A stretch of 64,000 nt of DNA from Klebsormidium nitens (taxonomy: Eukaryota; Plantae; Klebsormidiophyceae): positions 142,396 through 206,395 of the forward strand of contig DF237048.1 in NCBI GenBank assembly GCA_000708835.1, given 5' to 3'. Positions 37,168-49,556 of this stretch are shown piece by piece. The first letter of the stretch is position 1. The number at the start of each line of letters is the position of its first letter. The translations under genes and the position numbers were made by a program. The notes below the pieces were generated by a model, which did no database searches, was not told the DNA's origin, and saw only the letters and a list, made by a program, of their open reading frames with translations.

Positions 37168-40100
37168 GCCGCCAAACTCAAAAGATTTGTAAAGCAACAG
37201 AAGGGCAAGCTAGAGAAGAGCGCGGCGCTGCATGAGTGGATGGTTGCTCATCAGCAGCTACAAGACGAGTGGTGCGCCTTTTCATCCAGCTTCATGTTTG
37301 CTTGGCCTCAGCCGTCGATTTAGAAGCATTCTCTTTGGCGGTTGCCACTATCATGGCAGATTAAGACCTGAAGCTCATGAGCATGTCTTGTGTTTGCATT
37401 TTGTGGATTGCCAAGTTAGGTCTTCAGAGTTGATTCCAGTATTGACTATCGCAGAGACATCACCTAGTTTCTGAAATGCCTCAATGGAATGCTATCTCAG
37501 ACTCGTGTTAAAGTGGTTTTGCAGTGGAGCGGCAGAGCGAGATGCTGCTCAAGCCCAGGAGGCCATCTCTGAGTTTCTGCTAGATGGAGGAGACCAAGTT
37601 GAAGGTTCTCAATCTGAAGGGGACTCAAGGGAGCTGATACTAAAAGTTAGGGACTTGCGGCAGCGTGTTGCTGATAAAAGGTGAGCTGAAACAACCATCA
37701 AGTGCAGGGTAACTCAGACTACCACGGTTTCTTTGCACTCATCATCTTTATTTCAGCCAGAGGTTTCAAACTCCAAAGTCGGCCATGATCTAACAAATCT
37801 GCTTCATGTCTCAACATATCAGTTCTGCAGTTCTGTCCTTGCTCCTGTTGAGTAGCCTGCCTTCTTATTTTAGCTTTCATGTGAGGCCAGGTCCCTCAAT
37901 AAGTAAAGCATGGAACTACAGTGAGAATCGTTTCGGAGCACAAACTCCGCCTGACACGATTGCTCAGACCATTCTTCCTTCTTGAGCTTACTGCCCAGAG
38001 GCTCACTACAATGTTTCTGCTAGAAAGCTTCCATCCAAGTTCCACAACAAAGCAGCCAAGTCCAGATCCTTGTAGGTTCGTCCTTCGTCTTACAATCACA
38101 GAGCAGATGATGAGACGACAATGGAATCAGGAACGGGACGTGAAAAGGCTTGTAGAATGAATTGGAAGATGACCAGATAAAATTTGTAATACTGAATTGC
38201 GCGTGCTTCTCTCCAGGAGACGCTCCAGCACCTTCGAAACGTCTTCACTGACAGACGAGCTCAGACGCATCCGGGAGGAGCTCGAACAGCACAAGGAGGA
38301 GCTCGAACATCAGGTAAGAAGAAGTCAGAGGCGTATTCCACTAGTCAGTCGGAGGTTATGAGATCAGCATCCTTTTACACCTTTGATGTCAGCGAGGCAA
38401 CTCTTTTTAGAAGAGAGAGAAGCGGATGTTGCTTCTGCAGGCTGTGTTCCCTGCACACTCAAGTCCGCAAGCATATTCAACAGCTCGCCTTCAGCTCCAC
38501 AAGAAAAGGTTTCATGATGTCATATACTGCATACAGCAAAAGGTTAAGTAGCGTGAGCTGCAATTTTCCATGCCAGGAGCAGTCTGTCTCTTATGTACCG
38601 CTCTCCTGGAGCTCAGCTTTGCAGGGGGACAGCGTGACACGCGTCAGTGGCTTTGAGCCAACTGAGTTGACTCTGGGACTGTTTCGCGTTTTTTTGCTGG
38701 CTTCAAATCCTCGCCAGGAAACGGGCTAATCTGGTGTTTACAAATGCGCAATCTGGATTACTCTAGGAGCTTGATGAGAACGTAAGTCTGCTCTGGTGCA
38801 ATCTCCTTAGAACCTCAAACCTGGAAGGAAGTCCTTGGGCGTCAAGTATGTTCAGTGTTTATCAAAGGTGTTTAAAAAATAAACACAAAAAAAATCGAAT
38901 AAATAAAATCCTTCATCCGAGAACGACTTTACTCTGCAGGAGTCAGCTTGTATTGCTGCTGGTCCGTCGACTTTTGAGGATGAGCCCGGCAATGACGAGG
39001 ACGTGACTTGGCAATCTCGATTGGAGGAACTCTTCAGCAGGTTCCCCACCGCCTGCGACGAAAAGGAAAAGGTAGGAGGCGATCTTTCTAAAGTCCGGGT
39101 ATCCAGCTTGATAGCATCCACCTGATACCGTCAAAGGCTTTCCAAGGGTTCTTTGCGGAAGCTGCACGAAACCGCTCTGGCCCCAGGAACAGGAAACGGT
39201 CGAACGGTCTGGAAAGAGAAAGTGGGACGCGTTGTTTCTTTTAGTTTTGTGCCTGTTTGCGAAAACCGTTTGAATAGACGTGATTGCTATCGCTAATCAG
39301 CGCTTAAAAGCGTCTCCGCTTTTTAGAAGTCTCTTCTGTAGAATCCACCTTGCAGAAACAGGTTTCCAGGGTGTAGCTTGACGTCGCCATTCAAATGATG
39401 CAAAATCTCGTCGACCTCTCAATCTCGCCAGTTTGAGTCAGCAGATTGATTACGTTAGCCGACAGGTCGAATGTCTCCTCGTCGGACCTTTCTTACATTC
39501 GGACGCAGGCCGAATCGAGGCGGCTCTTTGCGGACCTTGTTGAAAACTTCTTGAAGAAACGGTCAGAGTTCGAGGCGACCTGCCCGCCCAGCACCCACGC
39601 TGGCTGGTCGCTGGAAGACCACGAGACGTTTCTCCGGGTCCGGCGGGCGGGGCTTGCGGAAGCGAGTGCCACGTGTCAGCCGCAGTCGGAGGTCGTGTCC
39701 AGGGTTTGCAGGATGATGCCGCATAGAGCTCAGAGGGATATTGTACAACATTCCGAATGGTGAGTCGCATTTTGGCACACATTTGCCCGGTGAGTGCACT
39801 TCTCGTCGTGAAGCAGGACTAGCATCTAAGGTAAGGTTGTTTAAAGCCTCTTAGCAAATCATTGAGAAGGCTGCGAAACCGACCCTCTTGGAGGGCCTCT
39901 TTTGTGGGTTCACGCTTTTCAATGCAAACGCGTCGTTCGAACCCGCAATCTTCAGGTGGTGTTTTCCCGTCCCGCCAAGTGAAAATCGGATTCCGCCATT
40001 GGCGACCCGGAGGTTGATTATGTCAGTATGCATGGCGAGTCGTAAGAAGCGAATCAGGACCTTCTTCGTGTAGCTTGTTAAAAGCCTTCTCCTCCTTTGG

Positions 40101-43100
40101 GCGAAAGAATCTCACCCTGCTTCGTTTCCCTAGGTACGCTGAAAGACTCTTGTGGCGACGAAAGCTGGAAGATTTACATGCGTCGAAGTCGCGGCAGCTG
40201 GACGAAGCGTTGGAGAAGCTGGAGAGGAAACTAAGCAAGGTCAGAAATTCTCTCAAAGCGTAAAGTGGGTGGTCTAAAGGAGGCGTCGATCATGATCTTT
40301 AAAGAGCTTCCTTCAGACAGGGCACATCTCCACATCACTCTACGGCGACTTCACGAAGTCGCAGACCGACTTTTGCTGCAACTTCTAAAAGCAGATGCCT
40401 AATTGACCAAAATGTCAGTGCGGAAGCGCCCACCATTTTGGCGCCTAAGGTAACCGCTTTTCCGACGAGGTCCATCAGAATCGCTGGGAGGAGCTTCCTA
40501 TGAGGTTTGGAGCGGAGACGCAAGTGGATTTTTCAGCAATTTCATTTTGGCTACGTGCAAAAGTATTGCAGACTTCCCAGTTCTCAGCGCAATCTGATCT
40601 GATACTCTGCTTTAGTCGCTTGCAGATATTTGGATCAACGGGACTTGAAAGTGCATGCTAACATTATGTTTTCCTGTACCCAGAAAGAGGCCGGCTTTCG
40701 AACCGCTGCCGCCACGGCTTTGGACACGATCAAACGCGAGGCTGTGCAGTCAGTTTTGCAAAGCAAGCTCGATAACCACCGGAAAATTAAGGCGGATAGC
40801 GCGCAGCTAGAACTGCAGAAGCGGCTTGAAATGGCGGAGACTGAGACGGAAAAGAAGCAACTGGAAGAAAGGAGAGCGAAAGACGAAAAAGCGAAGGCGA
40901 AGGCACTTCTTGAAAATTACCGGGCGGAGATCGAGGATCTAGCGCGTGAAAAAGAGCAGGAGGCCACGAAAGGAAGGGCGTTGAGGGAAGAAACAACCAA
41001 AGCAGGTAAGAAGTCAAGCCAAGTTCGAGACGCTTAAGCGAGACATTTGATCTTAGCTTCGCCTTGTTAAGACTTTATATTGGAGGTTCAGACCGCAAGA
41101 AGGGTTGCCGCGAGGTTTGTACAGACTTGCTCACGCCCCCCTGAGAGTTCACTTCTCGTTGATCATCGATGACTCTGGAAAATAGGCCACCCTGATACCT
41201 TGCTTGCAAGATATTGCACAAGATGGTTAAGAAAAACCATAAATGCCGCAGTCCCAAACGCCACACGTAAAGCGTGAACCTACTTACTGTCCTCGCGCCC
41301 ACCTCTTCAGGCGCAGCTGAAGCCTGAGCACCATATAAGTAACGCTGGTGCAAGCACTCGAAAGGCGGTAGACCCGCTGCTTCTAGGTATATTAAGTAGG
41401 CTCTTGAAGCATAGGCCGGCTTTCATCTCCCAGCTTTTCGTGCTCTCCAATTCTTCCATAGGCGCGATCAAAACTGGAACAGGTAGCTTACCTGCGAGGA
41501 GAGCAACCAAAACGGTGGTGGTCCAGCTGCTCTTTGCTGTTAAGGGCGTAAATCGTATTGACTTACTGTTTTTTGCACTGGTTTTACAGAGGCGCAACTG
41601 AACGCAGAGCCCCGTAGGACACCGGAAGGTGCAGGCACCTTTAGGCGGTGATCCAGCTGCCTTTAGCCATAATTTGCCCGCTTTTTGAAGCAAAAGCAGA
41701 AGTTTGCGTATTCTTGTCTTCCCTCTTCTTCCAGAGGCGCAACTCAACGCGGAGCCGGTGAAATATCGGCGGCGGGAGTATGGCAAAAAGGCGGACACGC
41801 CATACAGGCACGGAGCGTGGGTATTCAGCTATTCAATCTGCGAGTATCTTTGCAGAGGCGCAACTGAACGCGGAGCGCGTGGAGTTCCGCCGGCGCGCGC
41901 ACGCCAAGAAGGTGGACCAGCTGCGGCGCGCGGCCGCGGCATCGGAGGCGCGCGAGCGCGAGAAGGAGGAGCGGCTGGCCAAGCTCCGGGCGCAGGTCAG
42001 TGCTATTTTAGCCCGTGTGGACTGGCTGTGGATTCAAAGTTGGAGTGACGTTCCTTGCGGGGTGCGGTAACTGGTTGTTAGTAGGGCTTGTAAGTGATGC
42101 TTGCAGCGCGACCGATCTCGACATGGCGGCTGTCCGCTTCGCCAAACGACCAGCGTTGTGGGGCCGAATGGCATCCGAAGTGTCGCGGTCCAAAGCACCA
42201 GGTGTTAGAAGAGCACTGACTCAAACGTCTGGCGCTGTTCGGACGAAAGCGTTTGATGAGCGATCATCGAACAATTACAAGGATACTTCGACTCGAAATG
42301 TCTGATGCAGACAGAATGCTGAAACCCAAAAGGTGCGCTCTGAGAGCATACAGACCTTCCCGCGCCGAAAAGAAAGAGGAATCTTGTCCAGAGGCCGACT
42401 CTGCGACGCTTGGATTGGCATTCGGAGGACATGCCATGCTTGAGCTTGAAAGCTCAGCCATGCTGAATTACGAAACGTCATGGCCAAAGAGATGGCCTCT
42501 TCATGGGGAGGCGCCCCTGAATCCAAACCCGCAGAGCTTTCCGAAATCCGCTTCTTTTGAAGCAGGCCCTGTGTGTGCACTTCTCGCCTGATTCTGCCCA
42601 TCTCTTCCCGCAGGTGGCCGTCCAGGTCGAGGCCGACAAGGCCCGCGTGCTGCAGCCGACTGCCGCCATGCTCGCCGCGGAAGCTGCGGCCAAAGAGTCG
42701 GAGCTGTTCCCCGTACACGGCTTCACGACCGAAGAGTTGATGCGGGACAAGCGCTTCCGGGTGAGAAGAGCAGCCTTACTGCCAGAGGTCTGAATCGACA
42801 AAATCTTGGGATGGTAAAGGCAGCTACTACTTTCGGTGGCCGCTCGCTATCCAAAAAGCTGTTCTGAGCACTCTCAGTTCTTCGCAACAGCTGCAGTCGC
42901 TGGACCGATTGGAATCGTACAACTACCAAGCCTGTTTCTGGAAACAGAAGAGCATCAATTTAGCGTCGCAGTGATGCTCAAAGTTTCTGGCTTTCCATCA
43001 GAATGTTCCGGACAGTCTTTGATGCTTCCATGCGGCTATTATGAGTGCGTTCAGTCAGATTGACCCAAAAAAGCAGCCTGGTTCTCCTTCCGTCCACTTG

Positions 43101-43370
43101 TCGCGTGCCTGGGAACCTTCGCAAAATCGCGTTACAAGAAAGGTCGACGGAGTTCGTCGAAACGGCCCTGGAAAAAAAAAATGCAAAAATGCAAAAATAA
43201 AACAAATAAAACGTTTGCCTCTCGTCGTGCAGCTTGGTCTGGTGCTCCGTGAGGCTGGCTTGCACAACACGGCCGCCGGTCGGGACGCTCTCATATCTGC
43301 TGCCCCGAAACCGAGGAAGCCAGACACGCTCTCGCAGATCCGTTTCGCTCCCGAGAACCTGCCCCCGTAA
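37168..43370 (+). CDS. CCDC112: CCDC112-like coiled-coil protein (N-terminus unresolved)
   Basis: Phase-consistent exons 37168-37271, 37525-37680, 38217-38313, 38767-38781, 38940-39071, 39509-39759, 40134-40239, 40684-41005, 41856-41995, 42614-42760, 43233-43370. Family-like segments as recalled: GWSLEDHETFLRVR...PHRAQRDIVQHSEWY and VQVEADKARVLQPT...FPVHGFTTEELMRDKRFRLGLVLREAGLHNT. Confidence 0.8.
41575..41900 (+). repeat. Three tandem copies of the 3' splice site plus exon start in the CCDC112-like gene
   Basis: CAG|AGGCGCAACTGAACGCAGAGC (41590), CAG|AGGCGCAACTCAACGCGGAGC (41735), CAG|AGGCGCAACTGAACGCGGAGC (41856, functional). Spacings 145 and 121 bp. Confidence 0.92.
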
Positions 43371-44788
43371 GGAAACAAGGTGGCAGACCGTTCTTCAATG
43401 GTTTAAGGAGAGATCACTTGTAAAATACTCGCATCTCGGATAGAACTTGACGACTCGCATGAGGTCGGGCCACTGACCAGTACCTCCATATCCGTACCTT
43501 CTCGTATCAATATCCGCTTTGCCATGTTCAGTGGGACCGGAACACCGCGGGCCAACGATGTAGTGTCATTTTGTGATTAAGCGGGTAACATGCCAAATAA
43601 AAACAGTCCTCGTGACCTAGTCATTCGCTGATAGCACTGCGGTGCATGGCTGGCAATGATCAGTGTACGACGCAGATCACTGAAACATTTGAGTGCGCAT
43701 GAGCTGCGACCTCCCACTGACTCTACCCCAGTTCAACGGTTGCAGATCCTATAATGAGTCGGCCTATATCATTGGCCCGCTGAGGCCCTTGTCTCGGTTA
43801 GCTCCAACCGCGCGCATATACCGGCTAGCTGCTTGCAGAGAATCTTATAAATCAGCTCAACGATGATCAATGATGCAAACCGCCATATCATTGAACATTG
43901 TGTTTCATGCTCCTTTTTCTATATCCGCTTATATATATAAGCTAGGTCGGCAGTACGTGGTCCAAATTACCTTGGAGCACTTGAATGTTCCTAGAGTTGC
44001 AATAACCATGTTTGCTTCCGATATTGCTGAGTCCCGGCCCTATTATGCAGAAGTCGAAAGCTGCGCGGCCGCACAAGCCAGCTGCAAGAATAATTCGCGA
44101 TTGTGGCCTAGCTGCCAATTGAAATGGTACAGATTACGTGATTGGAATTACGTATTCATTACGTGCTTGGCTGGCCGATATTGATATGCAACTGGGTGTG
44201 ATCTTGATTGCAAGGGCGGACTTTTACCGCGTGCAATTCAAATTACCGAACAGATAGACTCGAACTCGAGTCTATCTGTAAGAACCAATGTCTCAAAGCT
44301 CACTCGAATGATGCAAATGGGTCAACGACATACTCAGTGCCACTCACAAAGAGTCACCCGTCCACAAGCAACGAGATGAAGAGTGAAGATATGAGGGAAG
44401 GGGTAAGCATTTGCAAGACTTGGTCCCTTACTTTGCGAATTCCTAATTCTCAAGATTGATCCAGACTGTGATTTTATCTGGCCAAACACTTGGCTAGCTT
44501 GCATGTTGACACCAGAAGTCCGGCTCAACCATTACACATGCTCCTCTCGTTTCCGGAAACACCCTCAGCTGGCCTTGATTATGGGCATGGCACTATATTT
44601 ACAAAACGCCCTGATCTACTGGGCGTATCTCGCTTCGTTTGCATGACACGATACTCGACTATATCTATCAAAGTACAAGCAGGCACTTCTAAAGCAGCAA
44701 CGATCAGATGCTCTTCAAATTTCGAAAGGTGAGAACCTATCACGGCGCCCACTCTCGAAACTGTTATCACTTCTACTACCGGGCAATC

Positions 44789-47700
44789 TCAAGACGTCTC
44801 CCGACCGCCCTCCGCCGTGAACCTCAGCACGGAGCGCCCCTCGGGGACCTTCCACCCGAGCTCTTTCTCCGCGCGCGCGGATGTGTACTGGTTGGATATT
44901 GACAGCAACGTGGCCAGCAGAGGACCCCAAGCTTGCGCCGCCTCCTCGACGGAGACGCTCACGGGTGGCGGCAATGACACGCGCCGCGCGATGGCTTCCG
45001 CAATCTTCTTTGCGGACACGCCGCGGTCGTTCGAGTCGCCCAGATGGAAGATAGCGCCTGCATAAGACAGTATTCTGACTTGGATTTGACAAGCGTTGTC
45101 GATTTGTTCGGCTCAAGCACAAAGCCTTGGTTGCTTCGTTCCGTTCCCCTAAACTCTGGGCGGTTCACCGGCACGTGCCCGAGTTTCCTGATTGGATATT
45201 CCTAACTAGGATACAGAAGAAGCAAAAAGTTCGTCAGATTGTGGTGAATTATAAACGGCCCACTTGCTCAAGTCTCATAACGCCTCGTCAACTGCTTCGA
45301 CGAGGTCAAAAAGCACAATGTTTTCTACCAGACTTTGTGTCATCTTTCGCGACCAGGTTAGTAGGTGCAAAGACTCTGACTTGGTGTGAATGGCTTCTCA
45401 ACGGCCAGAACATACGCCGCCGCTGCGTCGTCCACGTGTACGACGGTCGTCACGTTTGAGCCTGCGGCAAAAATGCGCAGGACGCTGTTTTTAGGATCCG
45501 CCTGTCGTTCACTGAGGATCCGCGTGCTGGTTCGTTCGGCCTTCCTACTTTTTGGCTAGTTGCTTTCATCACTTTTCGACCTTAACTTACCCCGCTTTTC
45601 ACGAGAACACTCGTGCCCTTCAAATAAAATCTATCGGATGGTCTCGAAAAAAGACGCTTCGCTAACAATTGCATTCCGACAAGGTCGTTTCGACCCGATC
45701 CAAATAAAAGTTCGGGCCCCTCGACTATTTGCTCGGTCCCTCTAAAATGTTGATGGAGACCTTAACACAAGCACAGTCGCTCCCCCGTCCTACTTCGAAG
45801 GCACAAAAGATCACCCAACAAGGTTTTATAGGGACTACTTTCGAGGAGAACTTTCAAGTTAGGACGGCTTTGCAGGCTCAATTCCTCGGGTATCACGTGT
45901 CTTTGGCGGCTAACCGTCTCCGATGTAGCGAGCAATCCCGTCCTTCGCTGCTGTGGCGATTTGCATGGGGATGAACGTGATCGGGCTGCTCCTGCCGTAC
46001 ACGTGGAGGGGCAGCCGCATCGCCGCGCTCCGGATCCCACGGCTTGCGGCCTGCCACGTGGCACAACGACCCGACATTCAAAAGAAAATGATCATTTTCA
46101 ATTTTGAAGGATGAGAGAGTTCGAGATGGCCGTGTATCAGGACAATCCGAATCGTCGCTCTCTTTCCGCAACCAACAGGACTAAACTCAAATTCTCAAAG
46201 ACCATGCCTGAAAGGCTGTAGAGCAAGTTGCTTACCGAACTCGCGGCGCTTGGTATATTGACGTTAATGTTCGTCCCCTGTTACGAAGGACGAGCAGAGA
46301 AAGAGGAGCTGGGGGAGAAGGCCGCCTAAGCTGCGAGCTTCCATCACGTGCTTGAGATAGTCTTTTCTTACGTACCCAGCTCGGCTATCTCTTGTTGAGT
46401 TCAAGAGTCCTTTCAGTGTCTTCTCTTTTTTCGAAAACTGTGAGACGAACTGCTCACAGTTATCGCTTAAAGCTTCACTCTTATAAGACCTGTTGCGGTT
46501 GAGAGAACTCCAGAAGATACAGATTGGCGCGCAGATTTGAACAAGATTTCGGACCAATGATCGCAGGATTTCGTCAATCTTCGCTCAGGCTGAATTTCGG
46601 TGACTTCATCCGGGGACGAACGACTGGGACGGAAAATCGAAGAGAAGAAGACGACTTTTGAAGTCGTAAACTTTGGAGCGTCGAAAGCACGAGAGACGCG
46701 GATCTTATGTCCGAATAGAAAGGATTCAACAAAGACCCGATATTTGAAGTAAACTAGACGCGAGAGAACTTCTGTCTGACCCGGGAGCTCACTTGCCAGT
46801 GCACGCACAGTTGCTCGGTTGCTGCGCGCGCACCCCCCGGGCCAGGGGGAACCGGCGTCGTCTCGTCCGCAGGTGAATCGCCGGTGTCCCAGAGCACAGC
46901 CGTCCCTGTTCCAAACAGGACTGAGCTTTTGACAGTCGGTTTCTGTCTGAGAGCTTGCGGAAGCCCACAACCAAAAAGTCTTAGAAGTGGACCTTTTGAG
47001 TCAATCAGATTGCTAAGCACGCCCGTCCCTGTTGAGACACAGGAAAGGGCTTTCGTCATCTGATTGTTCTCTGCGTTATCAGATTACCTGTGGAAAACGC
47101 TCTTGCGAATCGAGCCGATCTCAAGACCATTGAGAGGGAACGTCTCGTAAGAAGCGAGGGAGGGCGGTTGTGCATTGGAAGAGATCGGAAGGCGACCTAG
47201 TTCTACAGATAAGATAAGGCCGGGGGGGAGAGGTGGACATGACGAAAGAAATGGAAACACAACGCAGACGACCAGACAATGATGAACGCGAGTTCAAGTG
47301 AAATTTCGGAATTTCGGACTGGGCCACCGACTTATTGGGTGCAGGAGCATACCCCGAATCTGCATGCATGGACAGGCGCAAAAGAATCCAAGTTCGGACT
47401 TCGTCGATCAAAAACGTTACTATCAAAGCAACCGCGAGGCGTCTGCTGTTCGAGTCTCAGCAACCTTGAGTGCAAGTGCTGTCCAACAAGCCCAAAACCA
47501 GCGAAAGATTCTAAATTTGGTTCCATAACGCTTTCCATCAAATTGTGAAGAACAACGTTTTCACAAAGTTTCCCATATTATTCTCGAGATCTTGCGTTTT
47601 AATCACAAAAGGTAAGAACATCTGTGTATGAAAACGGACTTGAATAAACAACTGAGAATGAAAGCGGACTCGAATAAACAACTGAGAATGACAGTCACCT

Positions 47701-49556
47701 GAGGTGATCACCAGCGTTTTGTTGCTGCCGGCCAGTGCTCCGATGAAGGTCTCGACCACCTTGCGGTCCGTCTCGACGGATTCGACGTACTTGGTAAAGT
47801 CGTGGATGAACGCCAAGTGGAGGACTGCAGGAACAGACACGTGTTCAAAGTCCAAATGATATACTGTGCACCCTTGATCCATTTTGATCTGGAGCAATCA
47901 AGGACGTAATACAGGTTCGATCATGATCAACCAAAATTAAAAAGTTTTGCAACTTCCTTTGTCAGGGTCACAGCTCATGAAGTTCTAAGCTCAGTTCCAC
48001 AGAGACAGCTGAGGAAGACTTTCGAACCCTTCAGTTCCCTGGCTAACCAAACATGATTGTGAAGTCCAGCAGAGTGCAGATTTGACACGCGAAGGAACTT
48101 CCCGATCTAGACAGCCAACAACTCATCAGGGTCCGCTCCCCTGGCCACCCCCGAAAGAACAAATCCCCCATCCCGTGCTTCTTGAGCATGTTTCTCGTGT
48201 GCTTTTTTCAGCTCATTATACTTATGTCGAGCATTCCACTTCGATGAATGACAAGCCTGTGTATTTTGGACGTCATTCGGACCCGAAATGGTCAAACTTC
48301 TTACAAACGTCCATCTTTCTCGGCGCCGTCCATTATGAATAGGACGTCCAAGGGCTGGCAGACACGGATCTTAAGGGCTCCTTCAATGCTCAACACGTGC
48401 CCGTCACTAGGATCAAAGTTCCCGGAAGTTGCATGCACTGCAACACTGATCTAGAACACTACTGAACGATCCAGAAGCCTCACCAAGTTGCATCCGCTTT
48501 TAGGCCTCCGCCAGGAGGCCTAATAAGAGAAGCCCCTGTTCACGAGCTTTTTCAGTTTTCAGCTCACCATCATACTTACCAGTCCTAAAGACTTTTGATC
48601 TTAGCGGAGTCATTGGAGGTGATCTTACACAAAAGACCTTTGGAATGGGTACTTAGGCGCTCCGCAAGCTTACCCCAAAACAAAGTCCGCTGGTTCTCAA
48701 GTGTGGCCCTTTGGTTGACTGAGACCGCTTCGACTTGGCCTCACTCACCAGGACGCCAACAACAGTCCGACTTCTGCTCAGAAGCTCATCACTTCTTACA
48801 AACCACCAGAATATTCAGCTCCTAAGTTGTCACGACAAAGTTTCTCAGCGTAGTCACAAAAAGAAATGTACTGGCCAATTTTGGAGCACATCCGCGTCCC
48901 TCTTCTGGCCTCGTCTCCAGGCACTCCAAAGTTTACAGGTCTCCCCTCGACTTCTCTTAGTGCTCAGCTCATGAGTGGTCATCACAGAAACTTCAGCACA
49001 GACGTAAAGAAACAATAAGGCTTTTCGGACAGTCGCGCAGCTCACACGCGTCTGGTTTCTTGGCCTCCTCTGCCAGAACGTTTAAAGCGTACAGGTCCCC
49101 CCTCACTTTCTCATATTTCACCGACAGTGCTCAGCATGAATAATCACCACAATGTCTTCAGCACAGACGTAAAAAATAACAAGGTTTTTGGACAATCGCG
49201 CAGCTCCCCGCGTCCGCTTTCTTGGCCTCCTCTGCCAGGACGTCCAATGTGTACAGGTCCCCCCTCCCAAATCAATCTCACCAACGATGTCCAGCTCAAG
49301 TCGTGAGACATTTCCGTCGGACTACCACTGATGGCCGTGGAAGACGCTCACCTGCGTCCGCCTTTTTTGCCTCGTCAGCTAAAACGTCCAACGTGTACAG
49401 GTCCCCCCTCACGGGCTCCACCCCCTGCGCCCGGAGCTTCTCCGCAGCCGCGTCGCTGCGCGCCAAACCCCGCAGCGAATGGCCCGCCTGAAGCGCCAGC
49501 TCCGAGACGACGGAGCCAATGTAACCGGAGGCACCGGTGATGAAGATCTTAACCAT
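44789..49556 (-). CDS. NAD-dependent epimerase/dehydratase (atypical SDR family)
   Basis: Exon 1 49352-49556 MVKIFITGASGYIGSVV (Rossmann TGxxGxxG); exon 47699-47824 VLHLAFIHDF...GSNKTLVITS; ~46800-46905 GTAVLWDTGDSPADE; ~45915-46050 AASRGIRSAAMRLPLHVYG; ~45380-45458 VHVDDAAAAYVLAVEK; last exon 44789-45058 ...SARAEKELGW. Some internal boundaries are approximate. Confidence 0.9.
46900..47045 (-). repeat. Duplicated 3' splice site plus exon start, 123 bp upstream of an epimerase exon and in frame with it
   Basis: TGTGTCTCAACAG|GGACGGGCGTGCT (exon start 47028) versus CTGTTTGGAACAG|GGACGGCTGTGCT (46905). The intervening 41 codons are open. Confidence 0.75.
47611..47690. repeat. 30-bp tandem repeat (2 copies plus a partial) next to a 5' splice site in the epimerase gene
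   Basis: AAAACGGACTTGAATAAACAACTGAGAATG (47631) and AAAGCGGACTCGAATAAACAACTGAGAATG (47661). Confidence 0.88.
48720..49410 (-). repeat. Tandem array (5 copies including the functional one, ~145-170 bp period) of the exon-1 3' end plus donor region of the epimerase gene
   Basis: Anchor TACAGGTC on the + strand at 49396 (exon), 49252, 49090 and 48934, with a more decayed copy at ~48760. The copies translate as variants of RGDLYTLDVLADEAKKADA. Confidence 0.9.

Noticed and set aside
39460-39515. CAGGTCGAAT upstream of the acceptor CAG|GCCGAAT
   Set aside because: Too short to call a junction duplication.
41490-41520. Possible copy of the CCDC112 exon end/donor (GAGAGCAACCAAAACGGT versus GAAACAACCAAAGCAGGT at 40990-41007)
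   Set aside because: Only an 8-nt exact core is shared, which is within chance expectation.
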